DNA from: Novakomyces olei
Lineage: Eukaryota
Assembly: GCA_016906335.1 (NCBI GenBank)
Contig: JADEYG010000015.1
Span: 930,001 to 994,000 of the forward strand
Reading direction: 5' to 3'
Length of the DNA stretch: 64,000 nt
Under the pieces are notes generated by a model, which worked only from the letters and a program-made list of their open reading frames with translations, ran no database searches and was not told where the DNA came from. This document shows positions 50,399-64,000 of this stretch, piece after piece. How positions within the stretch are numbered: position 1 is the stretch's first letter; the number at the start of each line of letters is the position of its first letter. A program made the translations under genes and the position numbers.

Positions 50399-50910
50399 AA
50401 TATGACTGATCGTGCGCGGTTTTCATTTTAATACTGAACTAATTAAAATCGGTATTTTTAAATCAAATTAGACTGAGGTCTAAAAATAATAAGTATGATT
50501 GTAGTTAAAAATGTTGATTGAACGCGCAGTGAAATAAATTGTATCCATTTGCATTACCTATCAATGATCTATTTCTTGTATTCGTAGTTTATGCTTTAAT
50601 CGATTGTATGTGACAAACTTGATTTTCATGAGGAACTATTTTTTTTTTCTTCTGCAGATTTGTAATTACTGAAGTTATCACTCTTAATGCTGAAGAAGCG
50701 TATACCTGCTCTGCTTCTCACGTTGACAGAGCAATTACTTTTTGTTTTGATGGTGCCCTATATGTTAGTAACGTCCCAAGATGTTGTCATTGCCGATGTA
50801 AAGCGCTTTTCAAGTTTGTCGTTGGCATGAGGGTAGACATTATATTATTTTGACAGTTCACACCAACGACTTTGTTTCTCGCCAGTAGGCGTAGTAACCT
50901 TTAATTGGCT

Positions 50911-51145
50911 TGTTGAGAAAAAAAAAAATGTTGTGTCTCTTTAAGCTACAGTTCTAAGTCTACCAACGCTGTACTACATAGTTTCTTTAAACCCCGGCAC
51001 TGAGTTACATTTTAATAGCATGAGCCTCTTGTACTCAGTTCCTGTCATTCTAGCTATTGTAGCCTTTGAAGCCATTCTTCGTCTTTTCTAGTAGCCAGCC
51101 GTCTTGTTCTCTTTTCTTGACGTCCAATCTTGACACAGTCCTATG
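50911..51145 (-). mobile_element. LTR-like repeat family C, copy 3 (more diverged)
   Basis: Matches 48266-48497 (TTCTAAGTCTAC..ACGCTGTACTA.ATAGTTTCTTT, CCTCTTGTACTCAGTT). Confidence 0.7.
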
Positions 51146-51440
51146 CTCATCATTTCTTCTTTGAAATTTTAATGGGCTGCCTATCTAGTTCCTTTAGTGG
51201 TTCGTTAAAAAATTGTACGTCTCATAAATTCTCTTTTAAATCATTTTGCTGATGCAGTATATAATTCGACGTGTCTTTTTTCTCTAATGGACAAATCGGC
51301 TTGGAGAATTTCCTAAAAATGATGCCTGTAAATGCTTTATGAAACAATCCATTAAAGTCAATTCAATTTTCGAGAAAAATGACCCATTTTAAATCGTTCT
51401 TACAAAAAAACATGGCGGTTGAAAATGGGCGTACGTATTG

Positions 51441-51630
<190 letters not shown>

Positions 51631-53129
51631 TCAAGGCAAATACTATGTCTGAGTGCTGTGACGAATAGTAGATTACTTCTAAATGAGAGAGTCGTGATCG
51701 GTCGTTTATGATCCCTCAAATCATCTGAAATCGTAGCATACGCAAAAGACGCGGCAGAATTGCATTCTTATTCAAAGTATTCTAGCTCTAAGCTAGCCAG
51801 CTGAAATTTGCATCGCTTATAATCAAACTTAGAAGTATTGAAATGTTTTTGCAGATGCCATTCTTGCTCGCTTATAAAAAAATGTTTAAGAAAACTTCCA
51901 CTGGAACTCTTCTAATCGGAAATGCTAACAAATTTGGACTTTATTCTTAGAATGTTATACAAAAAACAAATGAAAAGCGAAAATTCAAAATCTAATAATA
52001 CAACTTGTAGTTATTCTTATGGCGATCAATTTGTAATTTAATATTGATGATTGAGCTGGTGTCTTGGCTACTCTATTTATGGATGTTATCGCCATTTTGG
52101 CTTAGACGTATTCATCAGAGAAACTTGGGAGTGCCCTAAACAGAGAAAAAAAACTGAATTGGTTGGCCACCAATCAGAAAACATACTATATAGTTTTTCA
52201 TTATATATTCTTTCCTAAAGGTAGTTTTCAAAAACCTCTGAACAATCATATCATTTTTTGCCAATTGATCTATTTTGCTTTCGTTAAACAATTATTTAAT
52301 TAATCGCGCCAGCACTTTCTCTTTAGATTGATATTCTATCATATCTGGTTTTGATAGTCATTATTTCGTTAATTTTCCTCTTCAGCTTGTCTACGTCGTA
52401 TTTTAAAAGCAAAATTTTGGTCTGACAATATTTGCCGCCATTTTGACTCACTCACCTTACGTTCATTGCCTGTCATCATTTTTTTTCCCTATCTTCTGTT
52501 TATATTTAGTTTACGAAAAGTTTATTACGACAGGATTTATAAAACTTTTTCGAATAACCCTTTTCCGTATAACACCAATCAAATATTCTCCAATTGAAAC
52601 TACTTGACATAATTGTTCCCGCGATGTATATCTCCTAAGCAAAAAAAAAAAGGACTTCGTCGGTTTAAGTTCATTGTTTTCTTTTTAATTTTCAGCCTTT
52701 TTGTATATTCATCGTTTCATTAAAAAGCATTTGAGATAACCCCCTTAAAACTAGCAACTCACCGAGTGTGCTGGTTGATAGCTCAATTCATATTTGGGCT
52801 TGGTCTTTGTTCTGTTGACATTCGTCTGCCCTTTATTCAATTTTGCTTTTCATCTTTCTGTTTCTAGCTTTTTTGTGTATCTGCATTTTCAACAAATCGT
52901 TATCTTTTCGTTTCGGTTCGAAATAATGCATAATATGCCTTATGATGAAAGTATTGGCACGAGCACGACGAGTTTGCTGATCTCTTTGCTGGCATTATAA
53001 CAGCCATATGACGGATTAATTTGTCTCAAAATTAAAGAGTGAACATTCTTATTTTGATTTGCAATTTAAGCCCTATATTTTTAATTCCATTCCAGCATAA
53101 AGCATTATTAGTTGTCACAAAATTTAACA

Positions 53130-53905
53130 AGCAAATATTGTTTCCTAAACTTTAATACATCCGAATGAGACGTATATGAGTCAGCTTGTCAAATGTCAGT
53201 GCTGGAGAAGTACAAGAGAAAGTCGATTTAAGCAATCTTGGCGTATAATGTCAAAGTTTTTCGAAGGGAAAATGGCGCATCAACATTTACAGAAGGACCT
53301 AAACGAGCAGCTAAAAAATTTCAACTTCCGGGTAGTGATGTTTGCGGACCATGTCAGTCTCACACATTCTTCTAGTTGCTAGACAACAAGAATAAAGTGA
53401 ATAGCTGCAGTTAATTTGATCGAAACTCAATTGGGCATTAATGTTTTTAAGTGACAATGAGAGAATTTGTGTTAACAATGTTTGAAAAGACTTATGGAGC
53501 TCCAAGAAATCATTCATGAGGTTCCCGCGTATTATACTCCACAGCAAAATGGAGTTGCTGGAAAAGGCAATTCGAACAACTACGAACAGAGTTAGAGCCG
53601 CAATAATTCAAAGAAACGTGCCGAATAATTATTGGGACGAAGTCACTAATGCATGCATTTATGTTAAAAACTAAAGTCCATCCAGAACAGTCAACGGATT
53701 ATCTTATGGAACTGTATTTAAAAAGGCGCCGCTGTTGGACTATTCGATAGCGTTCTGATGCAATGTTTATGTTTTTGAAAACCATAATGATTTAAGAAAT
53801 CATGAGACAAGAATTGAACTAAAATTATTTGTAGGCTACCAATTGAATACAAAAGCATACCGAATATGGAGTATATCGAAAAATTAAATGACCTTTAAAG
53901 AGATG
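53130..53905 (+). pseudogene. Decayed copia integrase fragment related to the dimer family
   Basis: EGKMA, SDVCGP, YTPQQNGVA, LWDEVTNACIYVKN*SP, FVGYQLNTKAYRIW with stops and frameshifts. Confidence 0.85.
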
Positions 53906-54258
53906 CTGTTTTGTATTACAAAAAGGGCAGCTGTTTCAACTTGAGATAAAAATTAGCCGACGGCTTTAGAGAAACAAATTTGTGCTCGTTGCTGAAAATA
54001 GGCTGAATAAATTCGGCACCGAAGATAAAGTGTTTGAACGCATTTGTACATCTCCCATTGCCCTAGCAAAATGACATCGTTTTAAACAACTAATGTATAT
54101 TAACAAAAACTATATGGCTTGACTTGCGACTGCACTTGCTGCTGATCTAAAACAATAGGGTGGATAGTAATATAGGGTCTTGACTAGGTTGTGTTAATAT
54201 TGATTACATCACTGGATATCCAAAATTGATAAGATATTTAAGTTTTGTAGGTATGCTT

Positions 54259-54450
54259 TATTGAACTTGTAAAATTTTGTTTAAACGTGTTTGTTCGAAT
54301 AAGTGTTGTATTCAGTTTGTCCTTAACTATCTGCAGTTTATTTAGCTATATCTAGAGCTAAAATTCTAACCGACTGTTTGTGCCTCGGTTAAAGATTCGT
54401 TTCAATTATTACTAATTTCCCACACCACGTGCTTGACCCACCTTCGAACA
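54259..54450 (-). mobile_element. Solo LTR, family D
   Basis: Matches 50208-50398; flanks TGCTT/TGCCT (near-TSD). Confidence 0.75.
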
Positions 54451-55872
54451 TGCCTTTGTAACGAAAATGGCAGATTAGCTATTACCTGAGCGTCAACTAA
54501 GAGCAATAAATAGACGTCTGTGGGGTACTTACTAGTATAGTATTTTTCCTGATTGGCTGCCAGCCTACTCAGTTTTGTTTTATACTTAGAGACAGAAATT
54601 TCCAAGCCACTCTGATTGCGAGAACGTCTATCAACAGACCAGTTAAACAGCAGCCTTACCAACAATTAGCAATCACAAATTTCTCATAAAATAAACGACT
54701 ACAACTCGTTTCACCACTTGTCATTAATTGTCTTCTTTGATGACGACTACAGACCAGTCACAAACGCGTAAGTGGTCTAAATAACAAATATGAACCCAAC
54801 CATAATTTACACGATTTGATTAATTTACTCAAATTCCAATTCAGTGTCAATTTTAAACGAAATGTAAGCGGCACTAAAGGAGGATTTTTTGATAAAGTTC
54901 TCATATGTATTTACATAAAAGTAAGTATCAATGAGCTGTCGCATCGTAAATATATCTGTTGTAATCAAACAAAAAGATTCATCGTAAATCAATATTTTCA
55001 GTCAAAAATGTTGGAAGTTATTTGTTTATAAAAAGGGCGAATATCTTAAACGAAAAATTTTTGACTGCTTTTAATTAGTTACTTTATTAAGTGCTTTTAT
55101 AGATTGTTTACCAAACCTCATTGCCAAACCAACACGTCTCGTAAAATTGGGAAGTTGCTGCGCCTGGCTATCCCAGCCTGCTAAGCGTCATTTTCCAACA
55201 ATTGAAGCAACATATCGGCTTTTCGTTTTAATTTCCCAAAACCAGTGTTATGGGTTTCTCTAAACAAGCCAATTAAAAGTTTCTACAACGAGTTTAAGTA
55301 TAAGCATAGCAAAGCCTACAGGCCAAAAAAAAACTATGTAAACTCTATGTTTATTTTTTTTATCTTGGAAAGCATATATGCTGTAAATGTTTGATTAACC
55401 CTTATTTCCAGTTGTGCATATCACGTTTAATAATTTTCTAATAGATATTAGAGTAAAATGCTCTGATGGAATCGAATCAATGCTAATAGCCAGCCAATCA
55501 AGTTGGCATTCTCACCACTAATTTAAATCATTTAAATAATTTACAGATTTATTTATCTAGTTTATCCAATCTATTTAATTTGAAATTTTTAATATTTGTT
55601 TTCTTACATTTATTAAATTATATAAATAAATTGAATTATGAAATAAATAAATTAAATATTAAATATATTTGTTTATGTTAAAGTTGAGTTTTATAAGTCA
55701 GTAAATTAGCTTGAATGTCACCTGGCCTGAATCTGGGTGCTACCTGTACTTATATAGTTTTCTATCTAAATCACTAAACATAGATCAATCCTCAGTATTA
55801 TTTTGATTATTTCCAACAATTTCCAACATCCCCTCCTAATCAAAATATTCCTCCTTATTTTTTTTTTGTTAA

Positions 55873-58800
55873 TTAATTTGTATTTTCAATTTTCATGTAT
55901 TCTCTGAACTTTAGAAACTTCTCACCTTTAAGCTGTTTTGTTAATCCATCTGCTTTCATATCCTCAGATCTTATCCACTTAACAGTGGCATTTCCCTTTT
56001 CCACATTGTCTTTCACTAGATAGAATTTTAATTCATGGTGTTTTGCACCTCTTGCAACTCCTGTAATCTTGGTTAGTTTCACACATGCGACATTATCGCA
56101 GTACAAAAATAATTTAATTGGTTTGTTTTCCATCTCTTCAATGACATGTTTTATAAACAGTGCCTTACTCAGTCCTGCGTACATAGCCATGTATTCAGCG
56201 TCCATCGTGCTGATTGCAACAAGACCTTGCTGCTCTGAACTCCAGGTTACTGGCCCATTGTCCCCACCAATAGAAATAGAATATCCAGTTCTAGATTTCC
56301 TATTAAGGGGATCCATGGCAAAATCGGCGTCCGTATAGACCTGCAGATCTAAATCTCCTCTTCTCTCATATTTTAATACATGATTTTTAGTCTCAATTAG
56401 ATAATTAATTATGAATTGAATCCCACGCATGTGAGAGCTTCTTGGTTCTCCACAGAACTTACTCAAGAGCCTCACAGCGTATGTAATGTCAGGCCTGGTC
56501 CATATACTTAAATACAGTAATTTTCCTATTATTTTCCTGTATTCAGTTTGCTCAATCAGATCTCCATTATTATTATAAAAATCTTGTATATCAATTGGCA
56601 GCGGACATTGTTGTTTTCGGCCACAAACATATTTTTGAAATTCATGTAATTTTTCAATGAAACTCTCCTGACTTAGGGTCATGTAGTTCTTCTCAATGTT
56701 AATTTTTATTCCCTGAAAATATCCAATATTTCCAAGCTCGTTTAATTTGAAACAATTCCTCAGCCTTTCTTCAATTAGCTTTGCGCCTCCTGGCGTCAAT
56801 TCCATAATAAGTAGATCATCCACGTATATAAGGATAGCTACATGTTTCCCCATCAGAACCCCAGTATCTGATTTTAGGCTTACTAAGGAACAATCTTTCA
56901 ATTCTTCGATTAGCTTCCTATTCCACGCCCTTGGGGCCTGTTTCAAGCCATAGAGACTTTTCTTTAGCAGACAAACCTCCTTGTTACTATCCCTATCAAT
57001 TCCTTCTGGGATTTCCATAAATATTTGCTCCTCTAGCTCTCCATATAGAAAAGCCGTTGCTATGTCATACTGGTAAATTCGTCTTTCATTATTAAAGCCT
57101 AAATAAAGGAAGGTCTTAATCGTATCTGAGGAAGGAACAGGTGCGTATGTTTCATTAAAGTCGATGCCAGGAATTTGAGTAAATCCTCTGGCTACCAACC
57201 TGGCCTTGTATTTTGTAATATCATTTTTATCATTTCTTTTAATTTTAAAGACCCATTTTGAGTCCACAGTATTAATATTTTTAGGCCTTTTAATTATTCT
57301 CCATACACCATGTTCTTCTAACGAGTTTAGCTCAGACGTTATCGCTTCCTTCCAGTATTTCGAGTCACTCGAATTGAGTGCCTCGCTGACATTACTTGGC
57401 TCTATGTTGGAGTATAATATATTACTTGGAATCTCTGTTTCTTCTGCATTTATTTCTTGTGTAGCATCTTCATAGTGTTCTGGTTCATCAATATTATTAT
57501 TATTATTGTCGATCTCGTTCTCCACGTTTGTTAATTCTTCCAGAATAGGTATATCAGCCAGACTAATAATTTTATTATGCAGATCCTTATCATTATTTCC
57601 AGTAATTCCAGTATTATATATTATCTCAGCACAAGTTTTGTTCGTAATAAATTTAGCGTCTCTCGAGGACGTTTCATTTCTAGTTCTTAGATCATAGAAT
57701 CTGTACCCCTTTTGTAATGTAGAATTTCCAAGGTACATCATTCTTTTGATTCTAGAACCTAGTTTTCCTTTAGCAAGGGGGTCTCTGACCAATGCCAGAC
57801 AGTCAAATGGCTTGTTGTCTTTGACATTTACTGATCTACCACTCCATATCTCCATAGGGGATTTTTCGAGCCCTTTTACTGGCTGCTGATTACGCAGATA
57901 TATTGCTTGCTGAAAAGCATCTTCCCAAAATTCATCTTTTAATTCAGAATCAATTAGTAGACATCGGGCAATCTCCTGTATTGTCCGGTTCATTCTCTCA
58001 GCAACTCCATTTTGCTCTGGAGTGTGGGGTACCGAAGTCTCGTGTCGAATACCCTGACTAGACAGGTAATCCTCGAACTCGCGGTTCACGTACTCTCGTC
58101 CGTTATCAGATCTGACAGTTTTCACGTGACTTCCCTTTTGAGTTTCAAAAAGTTTAAAAACCTTTTGGAGCACACCCGATGTCTCTCCCTTCCGAATTAG
58201 GAAAGATCCAAAACACATTTTTGTAAACTCGTCCACAACGAGTAGTAACCATCTGTTTCCCTTTCGGGAAGGTGGCAAGGGTCCCATTACATCAGTATGC
58301 ACTAATTCACCGATTTCCGTAACCGTCCCCTCTGTCAGGGGTTGCTTAGAAAGGTGCTAGGAGCACCTGAGTAAGCAACTTCGTAGTTTAGTTTAGTTAG
58401 TTTATTTAGTTGTATTGTGGGAAGTTGCTTAGAGTAGCGCTTGGAGCGCAGACTCTAGCACTTCTACAATAAGTTAGTTACTTTAGTAGTTTCGTAGAGT
58501 GGGATCTTCGGCAAGTAACGAGCCGAGCCCAAGTATAAGAAGAGGAGTTCTTCTACTGGGTTCGGGGCGTTACAACAACCAAGGTTCCGCTTAATATAAG
58601 TGTCTTGAGATTAGTTCTTCTATCTGCCTATCCTTTGCTACTCCCTGTCAAGGCCAACGTGTGATCTTGGCCGACTTAAGATTACTTTGTATTGAGTCAC
58701 CCCCTAACACCCTCCGATGTTCCAAAGGGACTTCGGTGAATTTTTGCAGCAATACACACCTCACAATTTTTGATAATATCGTAATCGTCTTTTGTAATTT

Positions 58801-60055
58801 TTCCGATAATTCCCCTTTTGGACATTTCAACCATTTTTGTCACAGACGGGTGCCCCTGATTCCGATGAACCTCCATTATCTCCGATCCCTGTGCCATCAT
58901 AAGATTTTCTATTATTATTTCTCCTTTAATGCACATTTCTCCGGTAGCCAATCGGGTTATATTACTAATAAATTTCCTTTCTCGCGTAATAATCCCTTTA
59001 TTTAGATTGACATCAAAGCCTCGATCAATCAGCACACCCAAGGATAGCAGGTTGCACGGTGCACATTCCACCAGATAAACATTTTTAATTGTTGCACGCG
59101 TCCCTTCCAATATAATTATTATGTTTCCGGAAATAGATACTTTAATTTTCTCTCCACTTGCAACAATTAAATTTTTATTGACTTCTTTCGTATCCGTAAG
59201 CCAATCAGAACGGTTTGTTATGTGCACACTGGCCCCTGAATCCAAAATCCAATAATCTTTATTGACATTACATTGAGACATTTTCGGATAATTTTCAAAC
59301 TTTGTCATTAAAACTGTGTCTTCGGAGAAATTTCGCTTAAAATTATCTCGCTTAAAGTCTTTCTTTTTCCCATTAAGGAACCAACAGTCCTTTTTCACAT
59401 GCCCAAGCTTCTTGCAATGATGGCATCTCACACTAGACTTTCCATTTTTGGCATAATTAACGATTTTTGTTTCATCGCCCACTTCGATTACTTGTTTGCC
59501 CAATTGAATACTGTGATCTTTTAGCATTCTCCTTATTTTGATCGGAGTAATTCCAGGAGAATTCTTCTGGGCCGTTACCGGCAAGTAATCCATTGGCAAA
59601 TTTCTCACACGATTTATTATTTTCTCTTGGTCAGACATTCGTCCACCAGCTTGTCCGTATGCATATTCCAATTCGTCAATTTTAAACAAGTAATTATCCA
59701 TGTCTTCGTTGTTTTTCAATTTTATTGTAGCCAGTTCAACTCGTAATTCGGCGAGATATTCCTCGCTATTGATGGAGAACATCTCCTCGAGTAGCTCGTA
59801 AGCGTCTGTTCCAGTCAGACACTGGTCAACGCTGTAAATTAATTGAGGCGACACGGTCGACATAATTAGACTTTTTAATTGATTTTGCTTCTGATCGTAC
59901 TCCTCTGTCTGAGTCCTAGTTCCGTGTAATTTCAGCAATTTTTCACCGTCAAGTCCAAGGGTCTTTCTGTGCGTCTGTAGCGCTGCCCTCCATGACAGAA
60001 AATTGTCTGGCGTCAAGGTCGGTATTCTCAGATTTTCGTAAATTTTAGAAGCCAT
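55873..60055 (-). pseudogene. Copia gag-pol split by the 58333-58709 insertion
   Basis: CHHCKKLGHVKKDC, WILDSGAS, HTDVMGP, SDNGREY, YVDD, ADGLTK. Removing the insert and one TSD restores ...PFGTSEGTVTEIGELVHTD... Confidence 0.93.
58333..58709. mobile_element. Nested 377-bp solo LTR, TSD CCCTC
   Basis: TGTCAGGGG...CCCCTAACA ends; CCCTC at 58328-58332 and 58710-58714. Confidence 0.9.
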
Positions 60056-60391
60056 TTTTCAAAGTTCAAACGTCGATTGTATTCACTGCCTATAAGAACT
60101 AGTGCTCGCCAGGCTCATAACCTGTTAAAGTTGAGTTTTATAAGTCAGTAAATTAGCTTGAATGTCACCTGGCCTGAATCTGGGTGCTACCTGTACTTAT
60201 ATAGTTTTCTATCTAAATCACTAAACATAGATCAATCCTCAGTATTATTTTGATTATTTCCAACAATTTCCAACAGTTTATGATAATAAAAATTAATATA
60301 GGCAGACAGACTTGAGCTATCACGAAAAGATTTGCGAGCATTTATTTTAGAGATTCAATTATACCTTTCATTTTATATTTACTTTACATAT

Positions 60392-60633
60392 ATATGAGAA
60401 GTGGACTCTATATAACTTATATTTAACTCTTTTTTTTTTTAAAAATTAATTGTGTCTTTTACATGGATAATTCTGTCTCTAAATTTCTCACTTAAATCTC
60501 CAAATTCTATATTCTGTCACTACCATATTTATATTTATTGTATATATATATATCCTTGATCGCGCGTCTGAGCCTTGGGGGAACTTAATTATTCTTTGCT
60601 ACTGTAAGATAGTTAAGTTCAACTGTCCAAACA
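60392..60633 (+). mobile_element. Degenerate solo LTR, family B
   Basis: GAGAAGTGGACT...ACATGGATAATTCTGTCTCT...TGATCGCGCGTCTGAGCC...CCAAACA. Confidence 0.65.
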
Positions 60634-61172
60634 TCAAAATAATATTAATAACTCAAAATATGGAACGTTAGAGGTTTATTAACAGGCTCAGTATATTCTT
60701 TAGTATTATGTATGTATATTTCACAAACATGACAAATATCATAAGGCAATATTAAAAATAATAAATTTAATAATAAATGCTTGAACTTTCCAAATCCAAT
60801 TGTTTATTAATTTAAACCTTACATTTTAATCCTCGTCATATTCATGTCTAATTGTTATGATTTCATAGTTAGTTTTGAAGAAGGGACTTACCGAAGATCT
60901 CTAAAGCGTGCTTTTGTCGCTTGGAAAATCCGACCTCAATAAATGCAGCCAAGCCTGTTTAAAATTGGTATCATCAACAAGTAACCGGAGAATAAGCATT
61001 TAGTAAAAATATTTGGTAAGAATACCTAATAAACATTATCTATCTACGAGGCAGAAATCGATTGAATTAGTTCTCCGATCGACAAACTATGTTTTAAATT
61101 ACCCGATAGACCACAAATTCCCGTAGATGCGCCGAGCCTAAATTTCCTTGATACCCATCATAAAAAATCAAT

Positions 61173-63084
61173 TCAAAAGCCTATATTTAGCCATGATAGG
61201 GGGGATTGAATTCTAAGTAACTGCCAAAAATTCTGCCAAACATTTTTTGACTTAGGGTATCGTGTTTGACCAATGCCAGTTAAACTGTAACTCCATAGAT
61301 GTTCTCCATTGATTACTAGAGTGAAATTTAATATCGGACACGATGGGTCCATCGTATCAATCTTGACAATATTAGATTATCAGTTTATTATAAAAAGCCT
61401 GACATACCTCAAAAATACCAAACTTAGAACTACCGCGCGGGACATATTTCAACATCATGTCACCAGTACTAACATTCCTTGACAAAGCTGTATCACGCTG
61501 GAGTGTATCTGAGTACGTTGGTATAGGTGAAAAGAACATATTGAGGGGTGAAGTGCTAAATTCAAACACAGACCCACCAGCATTCGCCGGTCCCGCATTC
61601 AATACAGGCTCTTCTCCAAATATCCTAGTAGCGGCGAATTCGTGTCGATCTCCACTAACTACGACAGCATTCACATATGCGTTTCTAATTTCGTTTATAA
61701 TAATCTGGCGTTCGTAGAGAAACCCACCCCACGTGTCGTAGTGCCCGTCGTAGCCTCTCCAATTCTTTGTAAAAGGCACAGATGATACAATAATCATCCA
61801 GCCACCTTTACCTTTGCCATTTCTGATCCAAGAAATTAAATGAGACAGTTGCTCTTTGCCAAGCATACTTTTGCCAGCCCCATCTTTTACATTGTTATGA
61901 GAACGATATCTTCGCGTATCTAAGAAAAAGAACTGGCAATCCCCATATGTGAAGCTATAATACGAGCCTGAACTAATGCTTCCTGAAAGTTGTTGCTTAT
62001 CAATTGAATCTTGAGAATAAACACTTGGGTTTGAGGCATGCTGATATACGCCATAAGCCTTCATTGCGGAGAAAAATTGATTATGCTCACCGGCATCCCA
62101 ATTATTTGCAATCTCATGATCGTCGTAAACGTGTAATGAAGGCAGTCGACGATATATTTGTTTGTAGGTACTTGAAGCATATATTTGGCGATATTTTTGA
62201 AAATATGCAGCACTGTTATACTTCCGAGGTGGAAAAGGAATGTCAAAGTATATGAAATCACCAAGAAACAATAAGAATTTAGGAAATTGTTTTCTAGGTG
62301 CAGTCTTTTCCTTTTCAGCCAAATAAGATACCATATGTTCGGCACCCGGAATTCTTAAAGGGTCACCTTCGAAAGGATGATTATAAGGCCAGCCTGGGAT
62401 CATGCACGACGTCGCCAAGAAGCTGAACTTTGTGCGACTGCCAGCAGGAGGTGGCGTGTCGAACATGCCGCTATCAACTAAAAAACTCTGATCCTCATTT
62501 ATCATAAAGGCGCTCCATTGGTATGAAGAATCAGGTTCAAGGCTTGTAAATTCAACTGTTTTCATAAAGTCATCATGAGCCGAGTAGTCGTCTAAAATTC
62601 TTGAGTCGACTTGCGATACATTCCCTTCTCCAAGATCTTTTAGAATATTTATTAGGATCGGAGAGAAACTCGGGTTTCTTGTAGCTATTCGAACTGAATT
62701 CTCCGTAACCACACCAAGACGAGCAAAGCTAAGATCATCGCAAGGATAAAATAAGTAGGCGCGGAAAGTAAAGTCCAAAGTGAACACAAGGCAAATACTG
62801 TTCAAAATTAAGTTTAAAATATTGATTCCTCTTGAGCGTGGGTGCCATGAAGAAAAGAGCAGCGAATTTACCGTGTCTCGATTCTGATTCGTGAATCCTC
62901 TGCTCTTGGGCTTTTTGTTTTCGGGTGAGACCTTAGAGTCACCTTGGCCACGAGTAGCAATAGATAATATATACACAACGGCACAGAAAATAATGCCTAA
63001 TAAAACCGGTAAGGCCGGTAGGTATTGCAAGTAGAAACAAGATAAAAGCCGCAAAACTACCGCCGCAATAGCGATCGAATCCAT
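61173..63084 (-). CDS. PhoD-family alkaline phosphatase with N-terminal TM segments (intron 61362-61407)
   Basis: FLATSC, LFLGDFIYFD, YDDHEIANNW, FFLDTRRYRS, SMLGKEQ, DTWGGFLYER, VVSGDRHEF. Confidence 0.9.
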
Positions 63085-63215
63085 GTCATTTAGTGTGCAA
63101 ATGCCGTCCTTGCATTATAATTTCGATGTTTTATTTCTCCTTGGTAAATGACTCATGGTAAGATACTCTCCCTCGATATATAATAATTGTACCAGCATCT
63201 GACGCTAACGGTTCG

Positions 63216-64000
63216 ATGGAAGAAGAGGTATCAAATGCACCTACTTTGTATTTCGTAACTGTCCATTCACATGCTTGCTGGCTCGTTTATATTTTTCAGC
63301 GAGTTTATGAGTCGTTTGGGTCAGTTGTTTCTTACTCTATGCTAAGCATCTAGATATTTGAGCTAAACTCCATTTCATCAGACAGTTCGGAATCGTTTGT
63401 ATATGATCTAACCGCAGATGATGATGAGCGTTTGCACAAGAGACAAAAAACAGACATAGATGATAAAGCTAGTTCTATTCCTTCAGGGCGAGAGGAAGCT
63501 CGGCAGCTAGTACCGGATATTGGACAGGATTCGATCTCTTCAGATGATGATTCAGATGCAGACGACTGGGAGGACATCGATGTCTCGAAAATCGTCAATA
63601 ATGAAAACTCGCATACTGCAGTTGATGTAGTGCTGTCCCAGTCAGCACCACAGGGGCCTCAGAGGTATTATACCATTAAATTTATAGATCGAATCGAGCT
63701 AAATTGCGAAATAAGAAAGACACGATCGAAAGGTGTATTGAAGGAGCAAAGACGTGTACGAAACGACTGTCATCGGTGCCATATACTTTCCTTACTGTAC
63801 ATTTGTATGAACCAAAATAAGACTTGCAATACAGAAGAGCTGCAGGTAAGTGTCGGTTTTATTTCAAAATGAAACGAAAACGCCTTTTAACAGTATTAGA
63901 TGCCCCTTAGAAGGTTTATTACATCCGCTTGGAAGACTGCTCTAGTAGGTAGTCCGAATCAGGCTACTAGCCAAAAGCAAAAATCCAGAACATTTCTCAG
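63216..64000 (+). CDS. 5' part of a Rad4/XPC-like DNA repair gene (multi-exon, runs off the window; start uncertain)
   Basis: Acidic DDWEDID followed by RRVRNDCHRCHILSLL, resembling the fungal Rad4 N-terminus. Confidence 0.6.

Larger units (their letters stand above)
55676..60275 (-). mobile_element. Ty1/copia retrotransposon with identical 153-bp LTRs, TSD GTTTA, interrupted by a nested solo LTR
   Basis: LTRs at 55676-55828 and 60123-60275 (TG...CA); PBS GGTTATGAGCC (60112-60122); PPT AGGAGGGGA (55829-55837). Confidence 0.97.

Noticed and set aside
58303-58697. Programmed gag/pol frameshift or two-ORF organisation in the minus-strand copia
   Set aside because: The gap is a TSD-flanked insertion; removing it gives a single ORF.

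Overview
Eukaryotic (fungal, probably an early-diverging or yeast-like ascomycete; inferred from gene content and short 40-80 nt introns with CTAAY branch points) genomic window. About 1-32.9 kb is compact and gene-dense. Recognisable genes there: ORC5, CHZ1, a PUF protein, CDS1, DCG1-like racemase, GGC1, PCF11, ADK1, PDA1, MRPL20, FYV10/GID9 and BMT5. It also holds three orphan low-complexity genes (one a membrane-anchored protein with a ~1.6 kb AKAREVEA tandem repeat), long microsatellites and a 1.65 kb foldback/MITE-like element. About 32.9-61.2 kb is a 28 kb AT-rich block with no recognisable host gene, made of Ty1/copia elements and solo LTRs, and is a candidate regional centromere or heterochromatin island. 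It contains a near-identical tandem dimer (LTR-int-LTR-int-LTR, one 5-bp TSD) of a very compact copia. Its LTRs run TA...CA and its PBS matches the anticodon arm of tRNA-Lys(CUU). A second young copia has a half-tRNAiMet PBS and is split by a nested solo LTR. Host genes resume with a PhoD phosphatase and the 5' part of a RAD4/XPC-like gene. All calls come from reading the sequence; no database searches were run.
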